The notes beneath the pieces are model-generated. The model did no database searches. It was not told where the DNA came from and worked only from the letters and a program-made list of their open reading frames with translations. A DNA stretch of 63,481 nucleotides, the filler included, from Octopus bimaculoides (Eukaryota): assembly GCF_001194135.2 (NCBI RefSeq). It is 5 parts of 4 records of this genome, joined end to end, with 100 filler letters (N's around TTAATTAATTAA, not from the genome) between each part and the next. Parts side by side here need not be neighbours in the genome. Positions count along the whole stretch, not along the records: positions 38,057 to 55,133 come from NC_068989.1; positions 55,234 to 62,155 come from NC_068981.1; 3 more parts are not named here. The stretch is one strand, 5' to 3'. The position numbers were made by a program, and so were the translations under genes. Every line of letters begins with the position of its first letter. Position 1 is the stretch's first letter. Below are positions 50,222-62,155 of this stretch, in pieces.

Positions 50222-50400
50222 TGCGGTAAACTGGCAGAGTCCTTAATACTCCGGGCGAAATCGTTAGTACTCCGGTCGGTATTTCGTTCGCCTTTACGTT
50301 CTGAGTTCAAATTCCACCGAGGTTGAATTTGCCTTTCATCTTTTCGGGTCGATAAAACAAGTACCAGTTAAGAACTGGGGTAAATTTAATCGACTATACT
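50222..50400 (+). mobile_element. SINE family A with small internal duplication
   Basis: Family head and body; tactccgg occurs twice. Confidence 0.85.
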
Positions 50401-51158
50401 ACTCCTGGGTATGAGTATAAAAAACCCGCACTACTCTACAAAACCATGTCAAGCTAGTGTAGCAGAGTGGGTTCATCAAACCAATATGATCCCAAACTCA
50501 AGTTCACAGCCTCCTCATCAGACTGTGGTTGATGGAGAGAACATGTTGAGGTCTTCTTCCTATAGTGAACTGAAGAATCCGATCCAATTCACAAAATAGT
50601 TAGAAGTATCAAATATTAATTAGCTTCGTGCGTGTATTTGCTGTGACCTTAAGATGAAAGTGTGGAAGATTAAACTGTGGAAGTAGAACCTGTTAAAAGA
50701 CAAACAGAGAGTAGAGAGTAAGTGACAGTAAAATGACCGAGAAATTGCGAACGTTTATTTATGCGTTTGTGTGTGAATGAGAGAAAGAATTATAGAGAGC
50801 ACTTAACGGAGTGTGGGTTAGGGTAGAGAGTATAACAAGGGCAAGAAGTAATCTTGACTGAAGATACAGCTTTTTAGATCAATACAGAGGAAGCAGGGTG
50901 GCAACAAATAGCTAAAATTGAGACATAGACCGGATGAATGCTTCAAGAGACGATTAGAAAGTAAAGTCACATCTCAACCATCAAAATGTGAAGAACTAAT
51001 TCTATAAATTAAAAGTTAGTCAAATATTAACTTATACTTATATATGAAAGCATACACATACATATATACATACATACATACATACATACATGCATACATA
51101 CATACATGCATGCATACATACATACATACATACATACATGCATACATACATACATACA

Positions 51159-51188
<30 letters not shown>

Positions 51189-51189
<1 letters not shown>

Positions 51190-51520
51190 GGCTTCTCAAA
51201 ACCAGAAAGGAGAAAGCTAATTCGAAGACTACAGATCCAATCAATCACTGGCACTGTAAAAATCTGGAAAACTTTCCAGAAGTTTATCATTTAAATATAT
51301 ATGAGCATGTCTCGATATGCAACTATATGCATGAGAATACATGCATAAAACAAAGTATACAGGTCTGCACCTATACATACATACATAATACATACATACA
51401 TACAAACAAACAAACAAACAAAATTACCCTGCTGGTGATATTGAAATTCCACAGGTTAGAATCAAGGTTAGAAACCGGCTCTTTATTGGCAAGAAATCTT
51501 GAAATAAAACTGAACAATGA
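51189..51520 (+). mobile_element. RLE LINE 3' end (second family), short copy between (CATA)n arrays
   Basis: GFSKPERRKLIRRLQIQSITGTVKIWKTFQKFII-stop plus 3' UTR homologous to 52015-52335. Confidence 0.85.
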
Positions 51521-51566
51521 CATACAAACACACACGCACACATACATACATACATACATACATACA

Positions 51567-51598
<32 letters not shown>

Positions 51599-51611
51599 CA
51601 CATTCATAAAT

Positions 51612-52335
51612 AAGACATGATGTTATAGCTAGAGCACTGTATACGGAGATCCGTCGGAAGGATAATCTCGACGACAAAGGAATAAGAACTCACAGTATGG
51701 TGAAAGCCATAGCCACTCATAATGAAAAAGAGTACTGGTGGAATATCCCAGTGAAAACCTCAATAACATGTAAACACGGTAGACTTGATATAATGATTTG
51801 AGATAGAGAAGAGAAACTGTGTAGAGTAGTGGAAATCAGCTGCTCAGCAGATGTTAACATAAAGCTGAAGATCAGTGAAAAAGAGTATACCTACGCTGAA
51901 CTATTGAGAAATCTGCAGTTACTCAATCCAGATTACAAGTTCAGGTTTATACCTGTAATTATTGGGGTACTGGGATATGTAACACATTGCCTAAATACCA
52001 ATCTTGAAAAATTAGGCTTCTCAACGCCAGAAAGGAGAAAGCCGATTCGAAGACTACAGATCCAAGCCATCACTGGAACTGTGAAAAGCTGTAAAATATT
52101 CCAGAAGTTTATCATTGAAGTATATATGAGCATGTCTAGATATGCAAGTATATTCATGAGAAGAGATACATTAAGCAAAACATACAAATCTGCACGTATA
52201 CATACATACATACATACATACATACATACATACCTTGTTGCTAATGTTGGAATTCCAATGAAGGTGTCTTGGATCTAGATTAGAAACCGGTTCTTTCTCT
52301 ATTGGCAAGGAATCTTGAAATAAACTGAATAACAT
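51612..52335 (+). mobile_element. RLE LINE 3' end (second family), longer copy
   Basis: RHDVIARALY, decayed PD motif (KHGRLDIMI), VVEISC, FIPVIIGVLG, LQIQAITGTVK; 3' UTR with internal (CATA)n. Confidence 0.9.
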
Positions 52336-52569
52336 ACATACACACGTACATACGTACGTACGTAGTACCTACCTATCTACCTACCTACCTACCTACCTAC
52401 CTGTCTACCTAACTATCTACCTACATACATGCATACAAACAAACATACATACATGCACCCACATACACACACACATATGTACACATGTATAGAGAAATTA
52501 GCCATCACTCGCAAGCTATCTCGACCTGTTAGTTTCGACCATGCTCTCAGTAATTGTTTTAGATACGTA

Positions 52570-52815
52570 TGTAGTCACGAGCAGACGTAAACACACTCAC
52601 GGTGCTCTCGCTCTTCCCACAGGGAAACATCGAGATTGTGACGGCCGGAGGAAAGGGACGACTTTTGGTGCAGTGTTTCCCACCTCCAGCTGACTAGACG
52701 GGAACAGCGGGAATTGATGCCCTTGCTCGGGAAAACAGCGCGCTGTCCGGTCCAGGCATCGAACCAACGAAATTATGGTCGTGAATCCAGCACCATAACT
52801 GCTAGGCCATGAGCG
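52570..52815 (-). mobile_element. tRNA-derived SINE with a family-C-like head and different body
   Basis: Minus strand: gctcatggcctagcagttatggtgctggattcacgacc...ggttcgatgcctggaccgg...cccgagcaagggca. Confidence 0.7.
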
Positions 52816-52963
52816 TATACACGTGTGTACACACACAAACACCGCCACACATACACACACACATATACACACACACACAGACACATACACACGCACACAT
52901 TCATTTACGCACGCACATACATCACACATCCTTTCTTTTACCCAATATTCTGTGAGCGTTAAG

Positions 52964-53180
52964 GCGGCGAGCTAGCAGAAACGTTAGCACGCCGGGTGAA
53001 ATGCTTAGCGGTATTTCGTATATCTTTATGTTCTGAGTTCAAATTCCGCCGAAGTCAATTTTGCCTTTCATCCTTTCGGGGTCGATAAATTACGTACCAG
53101 CTGCGTACTAGGGTCGATATAAACGACTGGCTCCTTCCTCCAAAATTTCGGGCCATGTGCCTAGAGTAGAAAAGAATATT
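52964..53180 (+). mobile_element. SINE family A, well preserved
   Basis: Full head and body; tattc(c/t)gtgagcgtt flanks both ends, a likely target-site duplication. Confidence 0.95.
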
Positions 53181-53247
53181 CCGTGAGCGTTGATTTACAG
53201 ATTGCCGATGCATTTGAAAATTTCGTTATAAATACACACATGGACGT

Positions 53248-53322
<75 letters not shown>

Positions 53323-53718
53323 AATGCACACCTACACACAGATATGTGTATGTGTACATAAATGCATGCATATTTACATACATGGATGTGCTTGTGTGTG
53401 TACTTGTTTAAAAGAAACCGAGACAGTGAGTTAGACTGACAGACTGACAGGCAGATAGATAGAAAGATAGATAGATAGAGAGAGAGAGAAAGAGAGAGAA
53501 AGAGAGGGGCAAAATGTATGCACGTGTGTGTGTGTGTGTGCATGTGTGTGTGTGCATGTGTGTGTGTAAGTGTGTGTGTAGGTGTTCTATGTTGAGAAAG
53601 CAAGAAGCTTGGTAAGGCAGGTTTAGACTGATATAAGTGCCAAACTATGTGGATATATGGTAATGAGATGCTGCAATCTGGAATATCTTAAGAATATATT
53701 GCAGTCTGAATCCCTCCT

Positions 53719-53759
<41 letters not shown>

Positions 53760-53779
53760 AATGAGTTATTTTCCTCACA

Positions 53780-53823
<44 letters not shown>

Positions 53824-54897
53824 NNNNNNNNNNATCTATCTATCTATCTAACTATCTATCTATCTATCTATCTATCTAACTATTATGTGTGTGTGTGTAC
53901 ATAAATATGTATACGTTAGCATGAATGTTTACATACACACACATACACTCACACAGACACACACGCGCAGACACACATACATACACTCACACAGACACAC
54001 ACGCGCAGACACACACACACACACACACACATACACACACATAACTATACGCAGACACACACATGCGCGTACACATGCACATACCCACATACACATCCAC
54101 ACATAGACACAGACAGACTGACACACACACACACACACATACTCACACATATATGTCACACAATATGGATTCAACTAATTTATTGGCACTCATAAGTCTT
54201 AAAGTATTCTACAAAACATAAATCATACAATATGATACAAAAAGTAAAACTTAAGGAGTGTATAAAATTATAAATAACGGGAGAAATATAGTATACACTA
54301 ACAGCTTTTATTTCGTTTCTTTTTGTTATTTCCCCCCTACCATTACGGTTTTTTCTTAATGATAAGTATATGATTTTTTTTTCTTATACACAAATTATCT
54401 ACTAGTTACTTTTAATACCTTACTACATTTTCCATTATCTTCTTTAGAAAATCGTCTTATTGATTTCTATTAATTTTATCCTTTTAGTCTTCCATGTATA
54501 TTTTTTTAAAATTGTTTCCGCGTTTTTTGAAACGTTGTGCTGCGGGATTATTTTTAACTTGGATTACTTTGAATCTGAAATGCTAGCTTGATATCTACTC
54601 TAATTTAAAGATTACATATATATTGACGCAGAGGCGTAAGTAATGTATTTATAAATATAATGAAATAAATTATCTATACACGTTTATTAAGCTGCGAAAC
54701 AATTGTTGTTAAATAAGAAATTCCAATGGTAAAATATATTTTATCATAGTGTATTTCTCTTGTTATTTATAAGTTTTCGCACACCACACACACACATACA
54801 CACGCGCGCGCACGCAGGCACATTTATTTATATATATATATACACAACATCGTTCGAGCATACCAGCAAATGGTTGTTTTACACTATTTGCATATAG

Positions 54898-54937
54898 TCA
54901 TGGACTGGTGATTCAGTTTGTCTCCAATTCGGTTAAG
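54898..54937 (+). CDS. Candidate exon (40 nt, phase 2 to 0): HGLVIQFVSNSVK
   Basis: Consensus donor AAG|GTAAGT, acceptor tatttgcatatag, one open frame, phase follows 49774-49947. Confidence 0.35.
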
Positions 54938-55271
54938 GTAAGTGATGCTGATAAGCCACACAAGTGGCGAAACATCGATGTCGATCGTTCCTGAATGCGA
55001 TTTGGGGTGAAATCTTTTCCTGACTTTCAGTTGTTTTAAAACCTGGCGCTTGAATGGAATCATCTCCACCGCACCAAGGGCAGCCTATTAGAGAATACAG
55101 TACACACACTGAGAATGTGTGACCGACAATATANNNNNNNNNNNNNNNNNNNNNNNNNNNNNNNNNNNNNNNNNNNNTTAATTAATTAANNNNNNNNNNN
55201 NNNNNNNNNNNNNNNNNNNNNNNNNNNNNNNNNTATCATTATTATCATTATTATCATTATTATCATTATTA

Positions 55272-55351
<80 letters not shown>

Positions 55352-55353
55352 TT

Positions 55354-55525
55354 CTTAGCAGTATTTCGTCTGCCGCTATGTTTGGAGTTCAAATTCTTGC
55401 CGAGGTCGACTTTGCCTCTCATTCTTTCGGACTTGATAAATCAAGTACCAGTGAAATGCTGGGGTCGATGAAATCGACTCATCCCCTTCCCCAAACTGGC
55501 TGCCCTTGTGGCAAAATTTAAAACC
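55354..55525 (+). mobile_element. SINE family A, 5'-truncated, after (TAT)n
   Basis: Family body; 3' end gcccttgtggcaaaat. Confidence 0.85.
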
Positions 55526-55548
55526 ATTACTTATTATCATCATCATCA

Positions 55549-55606
<58 letters not shown>

Positions 55607-55992
55607 CATTATTATTATTCAGTGGTGACGAAAGGCTTCGCGACTGACTTAAGTGGAGCTCGGCTGTTAGGGACTAAGAGTGATTAGCCTCCTTAAGACC
55701 CCAGCTAACCCTAACTCATCCTACCCCCACCTACCCCGCTTCATCTTCCTCCTATCCCTACCGCTACCTTTCCCTCCCTCGCTCACTCATTCGCCATGTG
55801 ACAGGTGCCCCCTTCTGTAGTCTTTTGTCCGTATGTCATGTTCTCGACCGCCATATTGTTGGGTGATAAATTGAAAGTCACTCTCGCTCCTGGTTGTCCG
55901 ACATTTTACTTCCTTGCCAAACCATTTTCTCCGTGTCTTCTCTTACGCTCTTGTTATTTGTGCCAAACTGACACCAAATAACCAAAGGGAAA

Positions 55993-56150
55993 ATTCGACT
56001 ATTTTCTGTCAGTCTGTCTGCCTGTCGATGTCTGTCTGTCTGTCTGTCTGTATGTATGTATGTATGTATGTATGTATGTATGTATCTCGCTGCCTACCTA
56101 TCTACCTACCTACCTACCTGCCTGCCTACCTACCTGCCTGCCTGCCTGCC

Positions 56151-56201
<51 letters not shown>

Positions 56202-56214
56202 GTCTCTCTGTCTC

Positions 56215-56274
<60 letters not shown>

Positions 56275-56275
56275 A
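55993..56275. repeat. Compound array (GTCT)(GTAT)(CCTA)(CCTG)(GTCT)(CT)(ATCT)
   Basis: Direct inspection. Confidence 0.95.
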
Positions 56276-57204
56276 CAAGCAATCTCGCTAGCTAAATCCA
56301 CGCGTGTTTGCCTGTGTGCTCCCATATGTGTATTGTTTGTGTATGTATAAACATATAAACGCACACACGCACACACACATATTTACGCATATAAATTATA
56401 TAAGCATATAAAGACACAGACACACACACATATATTTATGTATAAATATGTGTATGTGTCTATATATATAGTTTAAATTAATATATGAAATTGGAGAGAT
56501 AAATATGTGTATTTATTTGCATCATCGTTTTGAAAATATAAATACAAATAAATTTCTTTTTAAAAAAAACACCATAAAACACTCAAAAACCTACATATTC
56601 TCCTGCGTTCGTGATTTCCTTCATTTTTAAAATAGCTGTCTCTTTTTATATTCCGAGTTCGAATCCTTTTCATTGTAGTCTCAAACTCGATTCTCGGGCT
56701 TTTACAATAAATCATTATATAATGTCAATATATTTTTGATGTTATTACAATATTAGTTGCTATGGGTTGTTCCTTTGATATTTAGTTCCACGATGTATAA
56801 AACTACATCATATTAACTCCTCGCTGGAAACAATTAACTATTTGATATTTCAATATCTTTGGGCTATTTTTTTCACTTCCAAAAATGATTAATTCTTTGA
56901 AGTTTTCTCAATATTTCATCCTTTGGTCTAACCAAGTATTTCGTTCTTCGTAATATTGAATATGTTATTATTGTTTTTGTTGTTGTTGCATTGTTTGGTC
57001 CACCAAATCAAATCTGATCGATCATTCGTTTTGTCCTGATCATACCGGCCTTTTGTTTTCAGACATTGTATATCAAAGACTACATTGTCCAATGTATAAA
57101 GAAAATAAAGTGTTATTTATAGCAGAATGAGGTTGTTTCCAGCACTTTGAATGGCCACACAGAAAGTCCCTCATTCACTCACTTTATACCATATATCACA
57201 TTTC

Positions 57205-57570
57205 AAGGCAGACGACTGGCAGAATCGTTAGAGTGTCGGACAAAATATTTGCAGTATTTTTTCCATCTTCTGGCGTTCTGAGTTTAAATCTCGAAGAGGT
57301 CAGCTTTGCTTTTCATTCTTCCAGGCTCAATAAAATAAAGTACCAGTCATGTGCTAGGGTCGATGTAATCAACTAAAACTTTTTCCTAAAATCGATGACT
57401 TCGTGCCAAAATCTGAAACCATTTTAGGGCGGAGAATTAGCAGGATCGTTAGTCGAAAGAAATTGCTACGATGTTATTTGTTCTTGGACTTTACGTTCTG
57501 AGTTCAAATCTTGCTTAGGTTAACTTTGCTGAAGTCGACCATCGATCCCTTTGGGTTCGATGAAATAAAG
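57205..57570 (+). mobile_element. Two tandem diverged SINE family A copies (57205-57422, 57427-57570)
   Basis: Two heads (aaggcagacgactggcagaatcgttag; agggcggagaattagcaggatcgttag), each with gttctgagtt. Confidence 0.8.
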
Positions 57571-57574
57571 TAAA

Positions 57575-57860
57575 AATCAAATTTGATAGCATTAGTGATA
57601 TCGTTTATGAAGCAGAGTAAGGCCTAACGCAGACCGTTGGGGAACAACATTGGTGATTTTCGATGGGTTGAGTGGAAATACTTAATCCAGGATATCAGCT
57701 TTCTACGGACTCCAATTTTGAGTGGTTTTAACGGTAGAATGTTATGGTCTAGTTTGCCGAAGGCCTCACTGAAGTTTGAACCTTTTCCTAATACCTTTGG
57801 AATATCATCAAAGTGATGTAGGAGCTCGATTAGACAGTCTTCGCCATAGCAAAAGCTAAG
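57575..57860 (-). mobile_element. CR1-like RT fragment
   Basis: DCLIELLHHFD, FSEAFGKLDHNIL (DFAKAFDKVDH-like), VVPQRSALG, FINDIT; frameshifted. Confidence 0.75.
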
Positions 57861-57861
57861 C

Positions 57862-57939
57862 TATTGGGTTGGTGTATAATTAATGCGGCTTTTTTTTCAA
57901 CAAATTTTATTCAACGAAAAGAATAGCAATATTTAACAA

Positions 57940-57940
<1 letters not shown>
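57862..57940 (+). mobile_element. Isolated mariner-type TIR
   Basis: TA then ttgggttggtgtataattaatgcggcttttt, resembling mariner termini. Confidence 0.55.
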
Positions 57941-58007
<67 letters not shown>

Positions 58008-58009
<2 letters not shown>

Positions 58010-58189
58010 TCGAAAAATACCTTAGGTATGAGAACCCAGGTTCGAAATTTCTCCAAGACACCTGATGAAGGCTGGAAGGTATATCAGCCGAAATGTTGTG
58101 TTAACAACAAACAAGATGGGGACAAATATCCGTCGAATGTAAATAATGTAAATAATGTACACAATTCCTCATCTCTTAAATATAGAACT
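58008..58189 (+). mobile_element. Penelope-like element terminal repeat after (AAT)n
   Basis: Contains the hammerhead below; short tandem aatgtaaat repeat downstream. Confidence 0.65.
58057..58102 (+). ncRNA. Minimal type I hammerhead ribozyme
   Basis: Stem I GACAC/GTGTT, core CTGATGA, stem II GGCTG/CAGCC, GAAA, minimal stem III AT-GT, cleavage triplet GTT at 58095-58097. Confidence 0.75.
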
Positions 58190-58254
58190 GAATCAAAAAA
58201 AAAAAAAAAAATCAACTCGGGCTAATTCTCAACTTTGAAATTGAAATCTATACC

Positions 58255-58600
58255 AACTGTCAAAATAGACAGCACAGTATAATGCCCAAGATCTTATATT
58301 CTCGAATAAGGACCCAGTATTGTAACAGCTTGGGTTTCTAGGGTCCACAACTGTTCAACATTCTGTCAAGCAGCTTCGGAAATTTGCGATGTGGAGGTCT
58401 TCAAAGAGCGTCTGGACAAATTTTTAACTAAGGTACCAGATGAGCCCACATTGCAGCCGAAGGCCCGACGAAGAGCAGCTTTGTAAAACTCGCTACTTAA
58501 TAAAAAAAAAAAACAGTACAGAAAGGAAGCACAAACTCACCGAAAGGAGTGCTGCAGCATGGCCCCAGCCTCTGACTGAAACCAGTAAAATATAAAAGAT
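58255..58600 (+). mobile_element. CR1-like LINE 3' end with 3' UTR
   Basis: NSLGFLGPQLFNIL, VFKERLDKFLTKVPDEPT, RAA; terminus ggagtgctgcagcatggccccagcc...ctgaaaccagtaaaa. Confidence 0.85.
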
Positions 58601-58844
58601 GAACAAAATCACCGTCACCTTCAGTATTCTTAATCGATAGCAATTAGAAAGTTTGAGTTGCAAAAATATCAACTTCAAGAAACGCATGAACGTTTACATT
58701 GACTAAGGGCTGCAGATGAGGTCACTAAGAAATCAAACACAACCCCAAAGTACTTTACACACTTGCCAACTGGGAGCCGCTGTTTCCTCTGAAAGACGAA
58801 AACAAAGCCCTCCACAATACGATGATTCCAAATGTTGGTAGAAG

Positions 58845-59036
58845 GCCAGTCATCTCAGAGGAGGGGGTAACTCGATTACACCAACCACAGTATGTTACTG
58901 GTCCTTATTTTATCGACCCCGAAAGCATGAAAGGCAAAGTCGACCTCGGCGGAATTTGAACTCAGAACGTAAAGACAGACGAAATGCTGATAAGCATTTT
59001 CCCCGGCGTGCTATCCATTCTGCCAGCTCACCTCAG
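58845..59036 (-). mobile_element. SINE family A
   Basis: ttttatcgaccccgaaagcatgaaaggcaaagtcgacctcggcggaatttgaactcagaacg on the plus strand. Confidence 0.9.
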
Positions 59037-59084
59037 CCCTCCACAATGATGCTAAATCTGTTGTGTGTATATGAAAATAATAAT

Positions 59085-59447
59085 AATTTCATTTATTTGC
59101 CACAAGGGCGAAAGATGAGGAGGACAGTACAAAGACGGAGATAAAGTGTTGGGGTGGGGGTTACGTACAATGAAATGATAAAAAACAAAAGGAAGTGTAC
59201 ACCGTATACACTGGAAAAGAAGGGGCATATGCGTAGCATACAAAGGTTAAAAGGTGTTCTTTTTAAGTGGCGTGGAGAATGATGGAAATGTGGCCCTCCT
59301 GGTACAGAAAGGCCTCTGGGGATAATCGATGAACCCCACTGTCCGAGATTTCCCTGAAACCCTAGGAGCAAGTGCCCTCTCCAATTCCTTCTCTCCGACT
59401 CACAGGTCTACACTTAGAGAGGTACCAACCAATCTTGCCATTTTTCG
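59085..59447 (-). mobile_element. Probable L1/Tx1-like LINE ORF2 terminus and 3' UTR
   Basis: Minus strand KMARLVGTSLSVDL-stop then a T-rich UTR ending cgcccttgtggcaaataaatgaaatt; clade assignment from memory only. Confidence 0.45.
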
Positions 59448-59448
59448 C

Positions 59449-59504
<56 letters not shown>

Positions 59505-59620
59505 TAATAATAATAATAATAATATTAATAATGATAATAATAATGATGATGATGATGATGATGATGAGGATGATGATGATGATGATGAGGATGAGGATGA
59601 TGATGATGATAATAATAATA
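59449..59620. repeat. (AAT)n(GAT)n compound microsatellite
   Basis: Direct inspection. Confidence 0.95.
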
Positions 59621-59721
59621 GTGCGTTTCTCTGCTCTAGGTGTCAGGAAGACACTCGCCAAGAAATGGAAACAGAATTGAAAGATGATGATGAAAATGGT
59701 GGTAATAATAATAATATATAG

Positions 59722-59812
<91 letters not shown>

Positions 59813-60347
59813 CGTACGCTTGCACGCACGCATGTCTACATGAACGGTACAACTGGGCTTCTCACCAGCTGCTTAACTGGAGGTTAAGACTTTTAGCTGC
59901 TAACGCCAAAACAAAGTATAAACAGTGGAGCAACAAAAAGAAAAATCAATGAAAGATGGAAGAAAATCAATGGTTGGCAAAGATTCACTAAGTTTCCTGA
60001 TGTACATCTAATTAAACATTTATAAGTACAGCTATTTAAATTGAATAGACTTCAGCACTAGTTACAGTCGTGTTTAAAAACAATGGATATAAACAGATCC
60101 GATAGTCGAACACTCACAAGCAAAAACGCACACACTTGTAAATATGTGTTAAATATTTGTGTGTATGTGTGTGTGTGTTTATGTGTACACATATACGTTC
60201 GTGTGTGCTTATGTATAGGTATGTATACACACATGTATATGTATGTATATATATTATCGAGCATGTTTAGCCTTGCAGGCTTACAGGCTGACACACACTA
60301 CTGCACATGCTTATACATACACATATATATATGCATATATATATCTA

Positions 60348-60423
<76 letters not shown>

Positions 60424-61258
60424 NNNNNNNNNNNNNNNNNNNNNNNNNNNNNNNNNNNNNNNNNNNNNNNNNNNNNNNNNNNNNNNNNNNNNNNNNNNNN
60501 NNNNNNNNNNNNNNNNNNNNNNNNNNNNNNNNNNNNNNNNNNNNNNNNNNNNNNNNNNNNNNNNNNNNNNNNNNNNNNNNNNNNNNNNNNNNNNNNNNNN
60601 NNNNNNNNNNNNNNNNNNNNNNNNNNNNNNNNNNNNNNNNNNNNNNNNNNNNNNNNNNNNNNNNNNNNNNNNNNNNNNNNNNNNNNNNNNNNNNNNNNNN
60701 NNNNNNNNNNNNNNNNNNNNNNNNNNNNNNNNNNNNNNNNNNNNNNNNNNNNNNNNNNNNNNNNNNNNNNNNNNNNNNNNNNNNNNNNNNNNNNNNNNNN
60801 NNNNNNNNNNNNNNNNNNNNNNNNNNNNNNNNNNNNNNNNNNNNNNNNNNNNNNNNNNNNNNNNNNNNNNNNNNNNNNNNNNNNNNNNNNNNNNNNNNNN
60901 NNNNNNNNNNNNNNNNNNNNNNNNNNNNNNNNNNNNNNNNNNNNNNNNNNNNNNNNNNNNNNNNNNNNNNNNNNNNNNNNNNNNNNNNNNNNNNNNNNNN
61001 NNNNNNNNNNNNNNNNNNNNNNNNNNNNNNNNNNNNNNNNNNNNNNNNNNNNNNNNNNNNNNNNNNNNNNNNNNNNNNNNNNNNNNNNNNNNNNNNNNNN
61101 NNNNNNNNNNNNNNNNNNNNNNNNNNNNNNNNNNNNNNNNNNNNNNNNNNNNNNNNNNNNNNNNNNNNNNNNNNNNNNNNNNNNNNNNNNNNNNNNNNNN
61201 NNNNNNNNNNNNNNNNNNNNNNNNNNNNNNNNNNNNNNNNNNNNNNNNNNNNNNNNNN

Positions 61259-61282
61259 TATATATATATATATGTGTGTGTA

Positions 61283-61319
<37 letters not shown>

Positions 61320-61581
61320 CCATTATGTAATTGTAATATGTACGTATATATATATGATATATGTTATAATATATATTATATATATATTATAGTATATGTA
61401 TCATATACATATTATTATATATGCAATATATTACAATATTATAATACACTATATTATATATATATATATATACACTATAATATATGTATCTATATTTATA
61501 TTATATATATATATATATACACGCATAGACATGTTTGTTTGTATGTATGTATCTATCAATGTATGTGTGGCTGTGGGTGTG

Positions 61582-61625
<44 letters not shown>
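61259..61625. repeat. (TA)n/(GT)n and degenerate AT-rich low-complexity tract
   Basis: Direct inspection. Confidence 0.9.
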
Positions 61626-61627
<2 letters not shown>

Positions 61628-62119
61628 CATTTTGATAAAATTTTTAAAAAGCTGCATTTTCGAAAAGTAATGTTGAATTTGATCGATGACTTTTAAAATT
61701 TAGCGCTCATTTTGATTTTTCTTTTTTTTGTCTCATATAGAATTCGAGATAATAGCCCATTTATCATTGCAACATAGATTCCGATGTAAAGATTAGAGAT
61801 TTGTAAAAATATGAATTAATAATTAATATAGATGCTATTTCAATGGAATTTGTAGTAAAACAATATAAATATGAAGCCAATAATGTATAGTTTCCTATCT
61901 GATGATAATTTTAATGCGGATGTTTTATAGAGGCACCTAAAGTACACCACGGCCAGACGGCACTTGCGATCGTCTGTTTGGCAATATTCACCACGCTTTG
62001 TTTTTCGTTAATTGTTTCAAGGGCCTATGTAGCCGCGAACATACACAGACAACATCTTGCCTTTCCATTCAGTTTTCACCCTGAGGTATATCGTGGGATT
62101 GACAACTGGAGGCAGAGAG

Positions 62120-62155
<36 letters not shown>

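Noticed and set aside
52520-52555. Minus-strand CTGAGAG...GTCGAAAC hammerhead-like string
   Set aside because: No convincing stem II or stem I.
55704-55716. Telomere-like taaccctaac
   Set aside because: Under two units; expected by chance.
61741-61785. Possible 45-nt plus exon FEIIAHLSLQHRFR
   Set aside because: Strong acceptor but weak donor, and separated from other candidates by an artificial join.
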